This document shows, piece after piece, positions 53,201 through 64,000 of a stretch of DNA of 64,000 nt. Positions within the stretch are counted from its first letter, which is position 1, and each line of letters opens with the position of its first letter. Both the position numbers and the translations under genes were made by a program. Under the pieces are notes generated by a model, which was not told the origin of the DNA, ran no database searches, and worked only from the letters and a program-made list of their open reading frames with translations. Source of the stretch: Azolla caroliniana (lineage: Eukaryota; Plantae; Polypodiophyta). The stretch lies in the NCBI GenBank assembly GCA_043228905.1, contig JBHGNT010000001.1, forward strand, positions 16,058,001 to 16,122,000. Reading direction: 5' to 3'.

Positions 53201-53450
53201 GCTGGAACGAAGACCGGAGGACGTGGACCGAGCCGCGAGAAGCTACGGGTGGTGAGGGTAAAGAAGCTACCGAGCGCCAACGACAATGGAACCTACCATC
53301 TTGCAGAGCTCGACGGGACAAGGATGGCGGTACCAGTGGCGGGGAAAAGGATCAAAGCATTCAAAAAGCGGCACGAGGCTGAACCGGACCTGGACGACCT
53401 GGATAGCGACAACGACCGGCTCGGAACGAATGCCGATCCGGAAGACGAAG
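47278..53450 (+). mobile_element. Ty3/gypsy element F (non-chromoviral, tRNA-Trp primed), defective, 3' LTR missing
   Basis: LTR TGTCGTG...CACGACA at 47278-47929. PBS TGGTGAACCTGACGTGA at 47934. gag (RFDGKNATSYL), CMWCDAVGHIWKEC knuckle, PR (LVDHGSEIN), RT (VPKKNGTLRFIQDL, FLDD), RNaseH, IN (TAYNPEAN..VER) in gypsy order. Confidence 0.92.
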
Positions 53451-53987
53451 GATATATAATCTTTCAGTCTAAATTCATATTCTTACATAAATATTGATTA
53501 ATGCAATACTTGTGGGATTCACAAGGTTTGATCTCTTTTCTCAATCTACTCTAATCTATTCCAAACTATTTCAATTTATTACTACGATTAAGATAAACTG
53601 AAACAATTATACTTGTGGGATTCACAAGTTTCTATATCTCTTTCTTATAATCTATTCATATTCATAACTAGATTAGCCTCAAATTCTCCTCTTAGTCCAA
53701 AACCCTGGTGGTTCCCACCCGACTCACGCAACGATCCGGAGCCGAAAGGCACGACACAAGTGGTGAACCCGACGTGAAGACGGGTGGCAAGGAGATGGAG
53801 AATCAACAAGAGGCGATGAACATGATGATGATGATGATTGAGCGGATGCAACAAGAACAACGCGCAATGTCGGAGATGAAATCGGTAGTAGCGCGGCTTG
53901 TGCAAAGAAACGGGGAATTCGACGGAAAGGATGTGTCACGCTATCTACGTGACTACAAAGCGAAGATGATGCGATGTGGGATACCAG

Positions 53988-54516
53988 TGTCGTGAAGATT
54001 TTTGTCCATAGGCGGAAACCGGGGTGGAATAGGCAAATCGGTGGTGTGCACCATGTGCACATGTATACTAGGAAATGGTGCATAGAAATAAGAGGGGAAA
54101 TTCTATCGCACATTGTAAGGTCCCTCCCTCCTTGGGCTATAAAAGGAAGGGAGGGGTCACTTATGATGGGTTGCCTATTTTGAGGGAGAGAGGCATACCA
54201 CTTAGGTCGAGGGTTTCCTATTCGATTTTAGGGTTTCGGTTAGGGTTTTCTTCTTGGGTTTTCCTTTAGGGTTTTTGATATAGTCGTTTGGTGCGGCCAT
54301 GGCGGCCACCATTGTTGTAATAATTCACATGTTTTTAATATAGCTTGTTGTGGATCTTGCTTCCATCTATTTTGGTCTATGGTTATGTGCTACTCTTCAT
54401 CTTCTCATCCGGTGTTAAGCTACCACTTCTCATATCTTATTCTTTCTCCTCCACTCCCTAGTCCAAGACCCCTGTGGTCCTGCCCCTTCTACACGCACGC
54501 GCGTAACAACGCGACA
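53988..54516 (+). mobile_element. Solo LTR (F-related) inserted in element G gag
   Basis: TGTCGTG...CGCGACA termini, 4-bp TSD CCAG/CCGG (1 mismatch). gag CGI|PEGLQV rejoins across it. Confidence 0.85.
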
Positions 54517-55599
54517 CCGGAAGGATTGCAAGTGATATGCTTCAGTTGGGTAGCCACGGATGAGTTACAAGAAAGAATCTACAAGATACGGCAACAAAAT
54601 CCAACATGGGGGTCCTTTGAAGAAGCTTTACGAGAGGCATATGACTACGAGAGATCGAAGGGACGAGATCGACGCAAGTTTGACGAATGGGTGGCATCAG
54701 AGAAGACCCACCGAAGTGCAACACAAGCATTCCTAGAGTTCGAGCATCGTTTTGCTCGACTCTCGAAGCGGGAACAAAGATTGGTGGGAGAGGATAAAGT
54801 CCTAATGTTCGTAAAATCGATCGATCGAAAAGAAAGGATGGACATCGGGATTGAACTCGAAGACAATGACGGTGCGAATGGTCTTACCGAAGATTGGGCC
54901 AAAGTCCAAAGGGTATTCCGGAGACATGATGAGATGAGAGGAAGATGAGAATCTTGTCAATGACATGGCCGATGAAGGATGGTCGATTGAGGACAAACGA
55001 TGGAGCCGATATGAAGGCCGAAATACAACATGATGGTGCGACGGAAGAGGGTGTAAAACAAGCTACCCTCTTGTCTTGCGAAAGAACGACGGCGAAGGAT
55101 AAAGCCGATAACCCAAGTGCAGAAGAAGATTTCGGAATACAAGTTTCCGAAACATCGGGTGAAAAAGGTGTAAGCATAATTGATGCAGTGAAAGAGAGCA
55201 AGGAGGACTTGATTGAGGAGGTCGCCACGAAAGATGACATCGAATCGAAGGTGGCTATGGACGAATCAATGGCGGATGGCCATATCGAGACTTCCCCACC
55301 ACAGATTCCAGAGACTCCGGCGGTTGCGTTCGAAAGGCAACGTGAGATCGAAGAGACGGAAGGTGGCGGAGAGAAAACGAAGGCCGAAGTTGATGCATAC
55401 AACGGAGAGATAGCCAAGAAGGTGGATATGCGTGAAACGACGGAGAATGATAATACCGAGGATTCCTGCCCACTAATCCTAGAGACTTCGGCGGTTGTGT
55501 CCGAGAAGCAACGTGAGACCGGAGAGACGGGAGGTGGCGGCAAGAAAGGTAAAGTCGGAAGCCGGTTCGGATGGAAGATGATCCGGACGGAATTCTGAT

Positions 55600-55958
55600 A
55601 CGAAAGAAAGTCGACCCGAAACGGGGTCAACTCGGTCAAAACCGATCGACCGAGTCCAATTCGGGCGAATGCGAATACGGATGGAAGCCGACCTAGCCGA
55701 AAGCCGATCGGACGAGACCGATCCGGAAAGAAGCTAATCCAACTTAGTCGGATGATGAACTGGTCGAGGCTGGTGAAAACGAGGAAAAGAAAGCCAACCG
55801 AAACCGAAACCGATAGATCGAAACCGACCCGGAAGGGGGCCGACTCGGTCCAAACCGATCAACCGAGTTCGATTCGGCCGAATACGAATCCGATCGGAAG
55901 CCAATCTAACGAAAAGCCGATTAGACGAGACCGAATCGGAAAGAAGCTAATCCAACTA
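55600..55958 (+). repeat. Approx. 145-bp diverged direct repeat in the element G internal region
   Basis: Both units end CGGAAAGAAGCTAATCCAACT (approx. 55744 and 55957). Confidence 0.8.
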
Positions 55959-56275
55959 AACTAGGGGTTGAAAAGATTGAGGCCGACGATTACAACAAAG
56001 AGGCCAAGAAAAGACACTACCACGGCGGATTTAAAGGGTGTTACCGAGGATGAGATCTCAACAAAGGAGGAAGGCTCTAACATGAAGATTGTCAACTCTA
56101 ACACAAGACTACATGATAAAAGTGAACAAAGTGGGAAGCATGGAACATGCACAAGACATGAAAGGTTATGCTCAAGAGGAGCACGAGGAGCCGCGACAAC
56201 TGACCATGGTCATGCAAACAGTGAACGAAGACTATGGTGGATCGGATGGCGACAATGGTTCGGGTGGGAAGAATG

Positions 56276-59200
56276 TGTTGGAAGCAATGTCGTCAATGCG
56301 GAAGATCTAGAAGCATTCGATTTCTGTTCAGTACCTGCGTATGACTGTTCGTAGGTCGTTGCACAGAGAGAGAGAGAGAGAGAGACAAAGAGGCACAAAA
56401 AACACTCTATTGCATAAACAAATGATACAACAACCAACCTCACAAAGAGGTTACAAGGTCACTATATATAGTGACCGACTTAGGGCAACTACCCTTTATG
56501 ATAATTACATAAATGGCCAAAACGGGATAATGTTGAATACGTCCATTATACACATGTATTCGACACTCCCCCGTAATGGGCGTATACATGGGTTATCTAA
56601 GATTACAGGTATAGACTTAGGTTCTCGGACATATCAGCTTTGTTCGAGTCGGCAGGGTCCGAAGGCAGAAGACCGAACTGGTCGGGTCGGAACAGTTGAA
56701 GCCGATCATTAAGGAACTGATGTCGGTTGTCGGGAACCATCCTGCTCTGTGCCCGGCTCTAACCGGACTGGTTTGTCGTTACGCCCATCTGATGCCGAAG
56801 AGACCGAAAACGGTCTGCCGAGAGACACTTGGTCATTCCATCTGCGACATTGTCGGTTGTGGATATTTTCTCTAGACCGATTTTCCCTGAGATGACGCAG
56901 TCCCGAACGAAGTGATATCGAACGTCGATATGTTTGGAGGCGTTGTGGTGAACCGGATTTTTTGACAAGGCAACAGCACCTTGACTGTCGCTGTAGATAA
57001 CTGGAGCCGAGTCATGTTCGACTTGTCGAAACGTGTGCGCCAGCCGACCGAGCCACAAAGCTTCTTTTGCTGCGTCGGACGCAGCTACATATTCTGCTTC
57101 GGTCGTTGAGGTCGCTGTGCACTCCTGAAGTTTCGACTTCCACGAGATTGCTCCATTGCCGAATTTGAAGCAGTATCCGGTTGTTGATTTCCGACTGTCT
57201 ATACAGCCGGCGAAGTCCGAGTCGGTGTAACCGACTACGCCAGAGGTTCGGTTCGGACCGAAAAGAATGCCATGGTCTTTTGTGCCAGTAAGATATCTGA
57301 ACACATGCTTGACTGCGTTCCAATGCGATCGGCCAGGATTGTGCATAAATCTGCTAACGACTCCTACTGCATGAGAAATATCAGGCCGTGTCGCGACCAT
57401 CAGGTACATAAGGGAGCCGACTGCCGGTGCATACGGTACCGACTTCATATCTTCCCCCTCCGGACCGGATGTCGGGCAGTCTCGCTGAGAGAGCCGAAGA
57501 TTCATGGGGAGCGGGGTTGAAGCAGATTTGGCTGATTGCATGTTGAAGCGTTCTAAGACACGTCGGGTATAGTCGGTCTGAGACAAAAAAAAGATGTCGT
57601 TTATCGCGATGCCGACTAATCTTCATGCCGAGTATGTGTCGTGCCGGACCGAGGTCCTTCATGGCAAACTTCAACCGCAGTTGCCGAATGAGATCGGCAA
57701 GTTCGCCCGCGTGGCGTCCAGAAATTAGCATGTCGTCCACGTAAATGATGAGGAAGATGGGTGATCCATCTTGAGCTGTGTTGGTGAAGAGACAATGGTC
57801 CTCATCGCTTTTTGAGAAGCCGATCGATTGGATGAAGTCGTCGAACTTCTTGTACCATTGTCGCGGTGCCTGTTTGAGGCCGTATAGACTCTTCCTGAGT
57901 CGGCAGACTAGATGTTCTTGGCCGGTTGCCACGAAGCCTTTTGGCTGCTCCATATAAATTTCCTCCTCGAGATCACCATGGAGGAAGGCTGTTTTGACAT
58001 CTAGCTGAATCAGCTCCAAGTTGTCGGCTGCCACTACGCCGAGTAGGAAACGAAGGGTTGTCATTTTCACCACTGGTGAAAAAATCTCGTCGAAGTCGAC
58101 GCCATATTCTTGTCGGAAGCCCTTCGCAACTAATCTGGCCTTGTACTTTGGGGTGGTCGAATCTGACGTCTCTTTTAGTCGATAAACCCACTTGCAAGGA
58201 AGAGCACGTCGGTTCCTAGGTAATTCGACCAGATCCCAAGTCTTGTTTGCCCGAATGGAGTGCATTTCCGACTCCATCGCCAGATGCCAGGTGGCTGAAT
58301 CGACAGATGTCGATGCCTCTTCGTAAGACGTCGGTTCGCCGGCGTCGGTGAAGAAAATTCCAGGAGAATACCTCTCCGGAGGTTGCGACAGTCTCTCGGA
58401 TCGTCGAGGCATGATTGGACTGGTCGCATCGGGTATCGTGGTCGGATGGTCCGAAAGCGGATTGTTCTGCTGTGCCGAGTCGGGGTTGTCCGAGTCGGTA
58501 GTGTAAGGTTCAGCTACCCGTGAAGCTGACCGTGTGTTGAGAGCAGGGCCTTCTTGAAGGGTCGGCACATCGGAAAATGTTACCCTTCGGACTTCGATTG
58601 GTTTTTCGATTGATGGATTCATAGCCGACTCGTTGAACACAACGTCCGAACTTCGAACGATTTGTCTGCGTTCGGGGTCCCAGAGTCGGTATCCCATTTC
58701 GCCGTCGGATCCATATCCAAGGAAAATGCATTTCCTGGACCGAGGTGCAAGTTTTCGGCGATCATCTTTCGGAATAAGGGCGTACGCCTCGCATCCGAAG
58801 ATCCTCAGCTTGTCGTAATTCGGCTTACTGCCGATCCATAGTTCTTGAGGAATTTGAAGTCCTAGAGGTCTACTTGGCGACATATTGATTATGTGTGCTG
58901 CCGTGAGTAGAGCCTCTGCCCAGAAGCCATCCGATAGTCCGGAGTGTTGGAGCATGGAAACTATCCGTTCTTGGATTGTCCGATTCATGCGTTCGGCAAT
59001 CCCGTTTTGCTCCGGACTGTGTGGTGCCGTAAATTCACGTCGAATGCCGCGTTGTCGGCAGAATTTGACGAATTCTTCGGATTTGAACTCTCCCCCATTG
59101 TCTGTCCGAAAGCATTTCAGCTTTCGGTCGGTTTGATTTTCCACCATAGCGAGCCAATCTGAAAAGATCGAGAAGACACGATCTTTGGTGCGAATTGGAT

Positions 59201-61741
59201 ACGCCCACACCTTTCGAGTCGAGTCGTCAATGAAAGTGACGAAGTAAGATGCACCGCCTAGAGACTGATGCGGCATTGGGCCGCAGACGTCCGAGTGGAC
59301 CAAGTCGAGAGGTCTCGTTTCTCTTGGTGCTGATGTCGGGTGTGATGCGGCGGCTTGTTTGCCATACTGGCAATGCTCGCAGAATTGATGGTCGGAGAAG
59401 GAGAGTTTGGGGATGTATCCGGCTCTAGATAGATGCGTGATGCCGGCCTTGCTGAGGTGTCCCAATCGTCGGTGCCATAGTGATGACACAGGAATATCCA
59501 CCAAAAACAGGTTACCCTCTCTGAGCGTAACATGTAACGGATACAGTGAGTGTATCTTGGGTCCTCTAGCAAGCAGGAGGTTCCCCCTGTGGAGTGTCCA
59601 CCCTCCCGAAGAGAAACCGGCACGAATGCCGTCTTCATCTAGTTGTCCGACTGAGATCAATGGCCTTGAGAGCTCGGGTACATGTCGGACATTGTGGAGT
59701 ACAAGTGTAGAGCCACCTGCAAGGTTGAGCTCTACTGTGCCGATTCCGATGATGTCACAGTGTTGTGAGTTGCCGACCCGAACTGAGTCGGAGTGACGGA
59801 TCGTATATTGCCGAAATTGGGATCGATGAGGAGTCACGTGAAATGACGCGCCCGAATCCAAGAGCCATGTGTTCGATTCTTCAGTCGTGAGCAGAACTTC
59901 TGAGCCAACTGGATTTTCGATTGATAGTATGTTCGGGTCTTCTGGTAGCACATCAGCTGAGAAGCTGACGTAGTTGATCTCCTCATGCCGGCCACTCTTC
60001 TTGTTGTTCTTGTTCTTGAGTGCGCGGCAGTCGGCTTTGATGTGTCCGGGTTTCTTGCAGTAGTTGCAGATTCGGTTATCCCGTGACTGGCTCCGTCTTC
60101 GCTGATTGTTCGGCGGTCGTGAGGAATCTCTTCCTCGTATGTTCGATCGGTCTGTCGAACCTTGTACTACGTAAGCGTCGTCTGTTGAGTCTTTGGCGAA
60201 AGACTTTCTCCGAGCTGCTTCGGTCAGGATTGCGCTCGTGACTTCGGAGTATTTAACAGCCGTGGTTGACGCGTTGCACACGGTTGTGACGAAAGTTTCC
60301 CATGATGGGGGAAGGCTGCTCATGAGTATCATTGCTCTGAGTTCATCCTCGATTGCCGTCCCCTGTGACGAGATTTGGGAGCTTATGCTTTCGTACTCAT
60401 TGAGGTGTGCTTGGACCGAGTCGGATTCTTTCATCCGCAAGTTGTAGAGGCGCCGGATCAGAAACATCTTCGTTGCGGCGACCTTCTTTTCGTAAGTGTC
60501 CGACAGTGTTTTCCACAGTTCGAATGCTGTCGTACACGATTGCACCGTGAAGTATACCGATTCCGATAGGTGCATCCGAATCGTGGCGCGGACGATTCTG
60601 TCCAGCTTCTGCCACTCAATTGGTTTGTATCCTTCTGGAGGTTCTTCATGTTCGATGGGGTCGATTTGCCCCTTGACTATGAGATAGTCCTGCATTTGTT
60701 CCTTCCAGAAGTTGAAGTTCGATCCATCGAACTTTCGTAGACTCATTTCTGACGAGCCTGATGTTGATGCCATCAAATTCGGTTTCGGTTGACGAAGCTC
60801 GGTTCAGAGTTGACTGCGAACCTTGTTGGAGTGCAGCCGGTTGGCTCACCCGATATCGTTCTAGTCGGATTTGAACCCGAGTCGGTTCGGCTTCGGAACT
60901 TGCTCGAATTGACTCCGGTAACTTGAGGGACAGAGCCGACTGGTCTTCCCGAATGTTGCCGAGTCGGAGTGAGCCCGGTTCGCTTCGGATATATGTGCCG
61001 AATACCGATTATTGAAACCGATTATCTGGACCGATTCTGCTTCGGTTGACTGCAGCGACGAGAGAGACAGATCCAACTGATCCTCTCGAATGTCGATCAG
61101 CCGGATGAAGCACGAATTTAGGGTTGTTGTCTTGAGACCGATCTGCACCGAGTGGTTACAACGAGCGGCGTTTGATGACCTCCTCGAATGCCGTTTAACC
61201 GAATGAAGCACGATCGTGTCAAAGTTGCACAAGGGGATTTCACCTCGAGCGGTTACGATCACACGGAACGGAGTACAACCTGTGGGCTTACTCCAAGCAA
61301 GAGGATCTAACGCAATGAGGTGCAAACCTCGTTTCTGTTCTTCTTCTCTATTTCTTCGAATGACACGGATACTGTGCAGGCCGAGATGAAGTGAAGAACC
61401 GAATGCTGTGCAGGCGGTGATGACGGCTGAACCTTCAGCTCTGATACCAGATGTTGGAAGCAATGTCGTCAATGCGGAAGATCTAGAAGCATTCGATTTC
61501 TGTTCAGTACCTGCGTATGACTGTTCGTAGGTCGTTGCACAGAGAGAGAGAGAGAGAGAGACAAAGAGGCACAAAAAACACTCTATTGCATAAACAAATG
61601 ATACAACAACCAACCTCACAAAGAGGTTACAAGGTCACTATATATAGTGACCGACTTAGGGCAACTACCCTTTATGATAATTACATAAATGGCCAAAACG
61701 GGATAATGTTGAATACGTCCATTATACACATGTATTCGACA
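56276..61741 (-). mobile_element. Very young full-length B-family copia element D
   Basis: 290-bp LTRs at 56276-56565 and 61452-61741 read identical. TSD GAATG. PBS-iMet at 61438-61449 and PPT at 56566-56572. Confidence 0.97.
56759..60773 (-). CDS. Element D Gag-Pol polyprotein with a single +1 frameshift in RT (T8 run, 57585-57592)
   Basis: ORFs 57381-60776 (gag, PR, IN with VHSDVCG/RTDNGGEF/NGIAERMNR, RT YVDD) and 56759-57586 (RT end, RNaseH). Element B reads CATCTTTTTCTGTCT at the same site. Confidence 0.92.
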
Positions 61742-64000
61742 GAATGGATATGCTCAAAATGGAGAGACAAAGCTGACATAGCGAGAGAAACGGAGGGTAC
61801 AACAAGTAACGAAGAATTACGAGGGTCGGTAACCGGAGACCGGACAAAGCCAACAACCGAACAAAACCGGAAACTGGGCGGAGTCGGCAACAAAAAAACC
61901 GGCAAGCAAACGGGGCCGACAACCAAACACGATCGACGACGAAACCAATCGGGCGGAGAATGGACGAACGAGACTAACAATCACTGACAACTTCGGCACA
62001 TACCGGAGGATGTGCGGGTTTGGAGGGGGTGAGTGTCGTAGTGTATTTTGTACACTACATGAAAAACTTATAAAGTAACGTTTTAGTAAATATGAAGAAA
62101 TAGAAGAAAATGTCAAAATAAATCATACATGCATAGGGCAAGATTCAAACCTTGCACCTCCATGTTAATAATCTGAAACCTTACCATTACACTAGCATTT
62201 CATTAGTGTTAAAAAGTAGATGTCCCACATAGAAAGTTAAGTTCACATAGGATAAACTTTAGTTAAAAGAAAAACGCATGCTAAAAGAAAAAGCTACACA
62301 TGCATATCTAGTGTACATGAACGCTATAGTCGATAAAAAACGCACAAGATAGAAAAAGCATGATCACTTTAGATAAAACATATAGTCTATCTATAGGAAA
62401 AGCATGGAGTCTATAGTTAGGAAAAAAAGCATGGATTGTGAAGACTCTCTCATCACCATATAAGGATGGGGAGCACAATGTAATAGGGGTGTGAAATATT
62501 TGGGAAATTGGATATATTTCCTAAAACACCAATAATAAAATAGAATCGTGGGATTCACGAAGTTTTATATAATCTTTCAATCTAAATTCATATTCTTACA
62601 TAAATATTGATTAATGTAATACTTGTGGGATTCACAAGGTTTGATCTCTTTTCTCAATCTACTCTAATCTATTCTAAACTATTTCAATTTATTACTACGA
62701 TTAAGATAAACTAAAACAATTATACTTGTGGGATTCACAAGTTTCTATATCTCTTTCTTATAATCTATTCATATTCATAACTAGATTAGCCTCAAATTCT
62801 TCCTCCTCCTAGTCCAAAACCCCGGTGGTTCCCACCCGACTCACGCAACGATCCGGAGCCAAAAGGCACGACAACGACTGACCCGAACATACTATTCATA
62901 GAGAACCTAGTCGAATAAGAAGTTTTGCTTACGACTAAGGAATCGAGCACATGGCTCCTGGACTCGGGCGCATCGTATCATGTGACACCTCACTGATCTC
63001 AGTTTCGGCAATACTCGGACCGACACTCCGACTCAGTTCGAGTTGGGAACTCGCAACACTGTGCCATAATGGGAATCAGCACCGTAGAGCTCAACCTTCT
63101 GGGTGGCTCTACACTCGTACTACACAACGTCCGACACATTCCTGAGCTTTCAAGACCCTTGATCTCAGTCGGACAACTTGACGAAGCCAGCATCCGTGTC
63201 GGGTTCTCATCAGGAGGGTGGACACTCCACAAAGGGAACCTCCTACTTGCTTGAGGACCAAAGGTACACTCTTTGTACCCTTTATATGTCACACTCAAAG
63301 AGGGTGACTTATTTTTGGTTGATATCCCCGTGTCATCGTTATGGCACCAAGAGAATCGAGTCCCCTTGCTTTGGTCCACTCGGACGTCTGTGGCCCGATG
63401 CCACATCAGTCTCTCGGCGGTGCTTTGTACTTCGTCAGTTTTATTGACGACTCAACTCGGAAGGTGTGGGCTTACCCCATTAGAACCAAAGGTCGGGTGT
63501 TCTCGATCTTCTTTGAATGGCCTGCAATGGTTGAAACCCAGACTGGTCGGAAACTAAAATGTCTCCGAACCGATAATGGAGGAGAATTCAAGTCTGACGA
63601 ATTCGTCAAATTTTGACGGGAACGCGGCATTCGACGTGAATATACGACACCCTATAGTCCGGAGTAGAACGAAATTCCTGAACGCATGAATCAGATGATT
63701 CAAGAACGCATAGTATCCATGCTCCAACATTCCGGACTGTCGGATGGCTTCTGGGCGGAGGCTCTACCTACGGTAGTACACATAATAAATATGTCGTCAA
63801 GTAGACCTCTAGGACCTAAAATACCTCAGGAAACATGGACCGGCAGTAAGCCGAATTATGACAAGCTGAGGATCTTCAGCTGCGAGGCGTATGCCCTTAT
63901 ACCGAAAGACGACTACCGGAAACTCGAACCAAGATCAAGGAAATGCGTTTTCCTTGGATATGGACTCGACGACGAGATCAGATACTGACTCTGGGATCCC

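Larger units (their letters stand above)
53453..62873 (+). mobile_element. Non-autonomous gag-only gypsy element G (tRNA-Trp primed) with two nested insertions
   Basis: Truncated 5' LTR 53453-53756 matches the 3' part of the 840-bp 3' LTR 62034-62873. PBS TGGTGAACCCGACGTGA at 53761, PPT GGAGGGGGTGAG at 62022-62033. gag homologous to F, no pol motifs. Confidence 0.88.
45981..64000 (+). mobile_element. B-family copia element E (5' LTR 45981-46280, gag 46706-47277, resuming 62874-64000 with PR and IN), split by gypsy insertions
   Basis: TGTCG...CGACA LTR, PBS-iMet at 46283. gag homologous to B. WLLDSGASYH and LRTDNGGEF after 62874. Small internal deletions and stops. Confidence 0.9.

Noticed and set aside
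48129-55639. Long antisense ORFs (48129-48791, 50043-50825, 54884-55639)
   Set aside because: Shadow frames of GC-rich gag/pol sequence with no recognisable domains.
60861-61619. 252-aa ORF running from the LTR through the leader of element D (possible extra 5' gene)
   Set aside because: It has no clear ATG, crosses the PBS and a CT microsatellite, and the same frame is broken in equally young sister B (18088-18540 and 18561-18776).
62128-62200. Functional tRNA gene
   Set aside because: Acceptor and anticodon stems do not pair convincingly; only A/B-box similarity remains, so it is reported as tRNA-like.
47274-62877. ACGT/ACGA as a 4-bp TSD around a single F-G element
   Set aside because: The two terminal LTRs are different families and host gag sequence is missing; a deletion between two insertions is simpler.

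Overview
This is eukaryotic plant genomic DNA; the retrotransposon families and long TE-filled introns suggest a fern or other seed-free plant, which is an inference. It holds two convergent host genes reconstructed by hand from splice sites. The first is the last three exons of a tRNA adenosine deaminase TAD2/ADAT2 (+, 8297-10156). The second is a complete 13-exon chlorophyll(ide) b reductase NOL (-, 30312-40684, 410 aa). Most of the remainder is nested LTR retrotransposons: several Ty1/copia families, a chromodomain Ty3/gypsy and tRNA-Trp-primed gypsy elements, plus four solo LTRs and four intronic fragments of one LINE family. I found no convincing new protein-coding system. The most interesting observations are: (i) two very young copia sisters with complementary lesions, in one of which a microhomology deletion creates a stand-alone ATG-initiated RT-RNaseH ORF; (ii) TATA boxes set inside inverted repeats in five LTR families, with compensatory substitutions in two; (iii) a copia gag starting about 108 bp from the NOL ATG, head-to-head; (iv) a gag-only gypsy whose LTR carries a tRNA-like Pol III cassette; (v) dual PPTs with a read-through pol extension.
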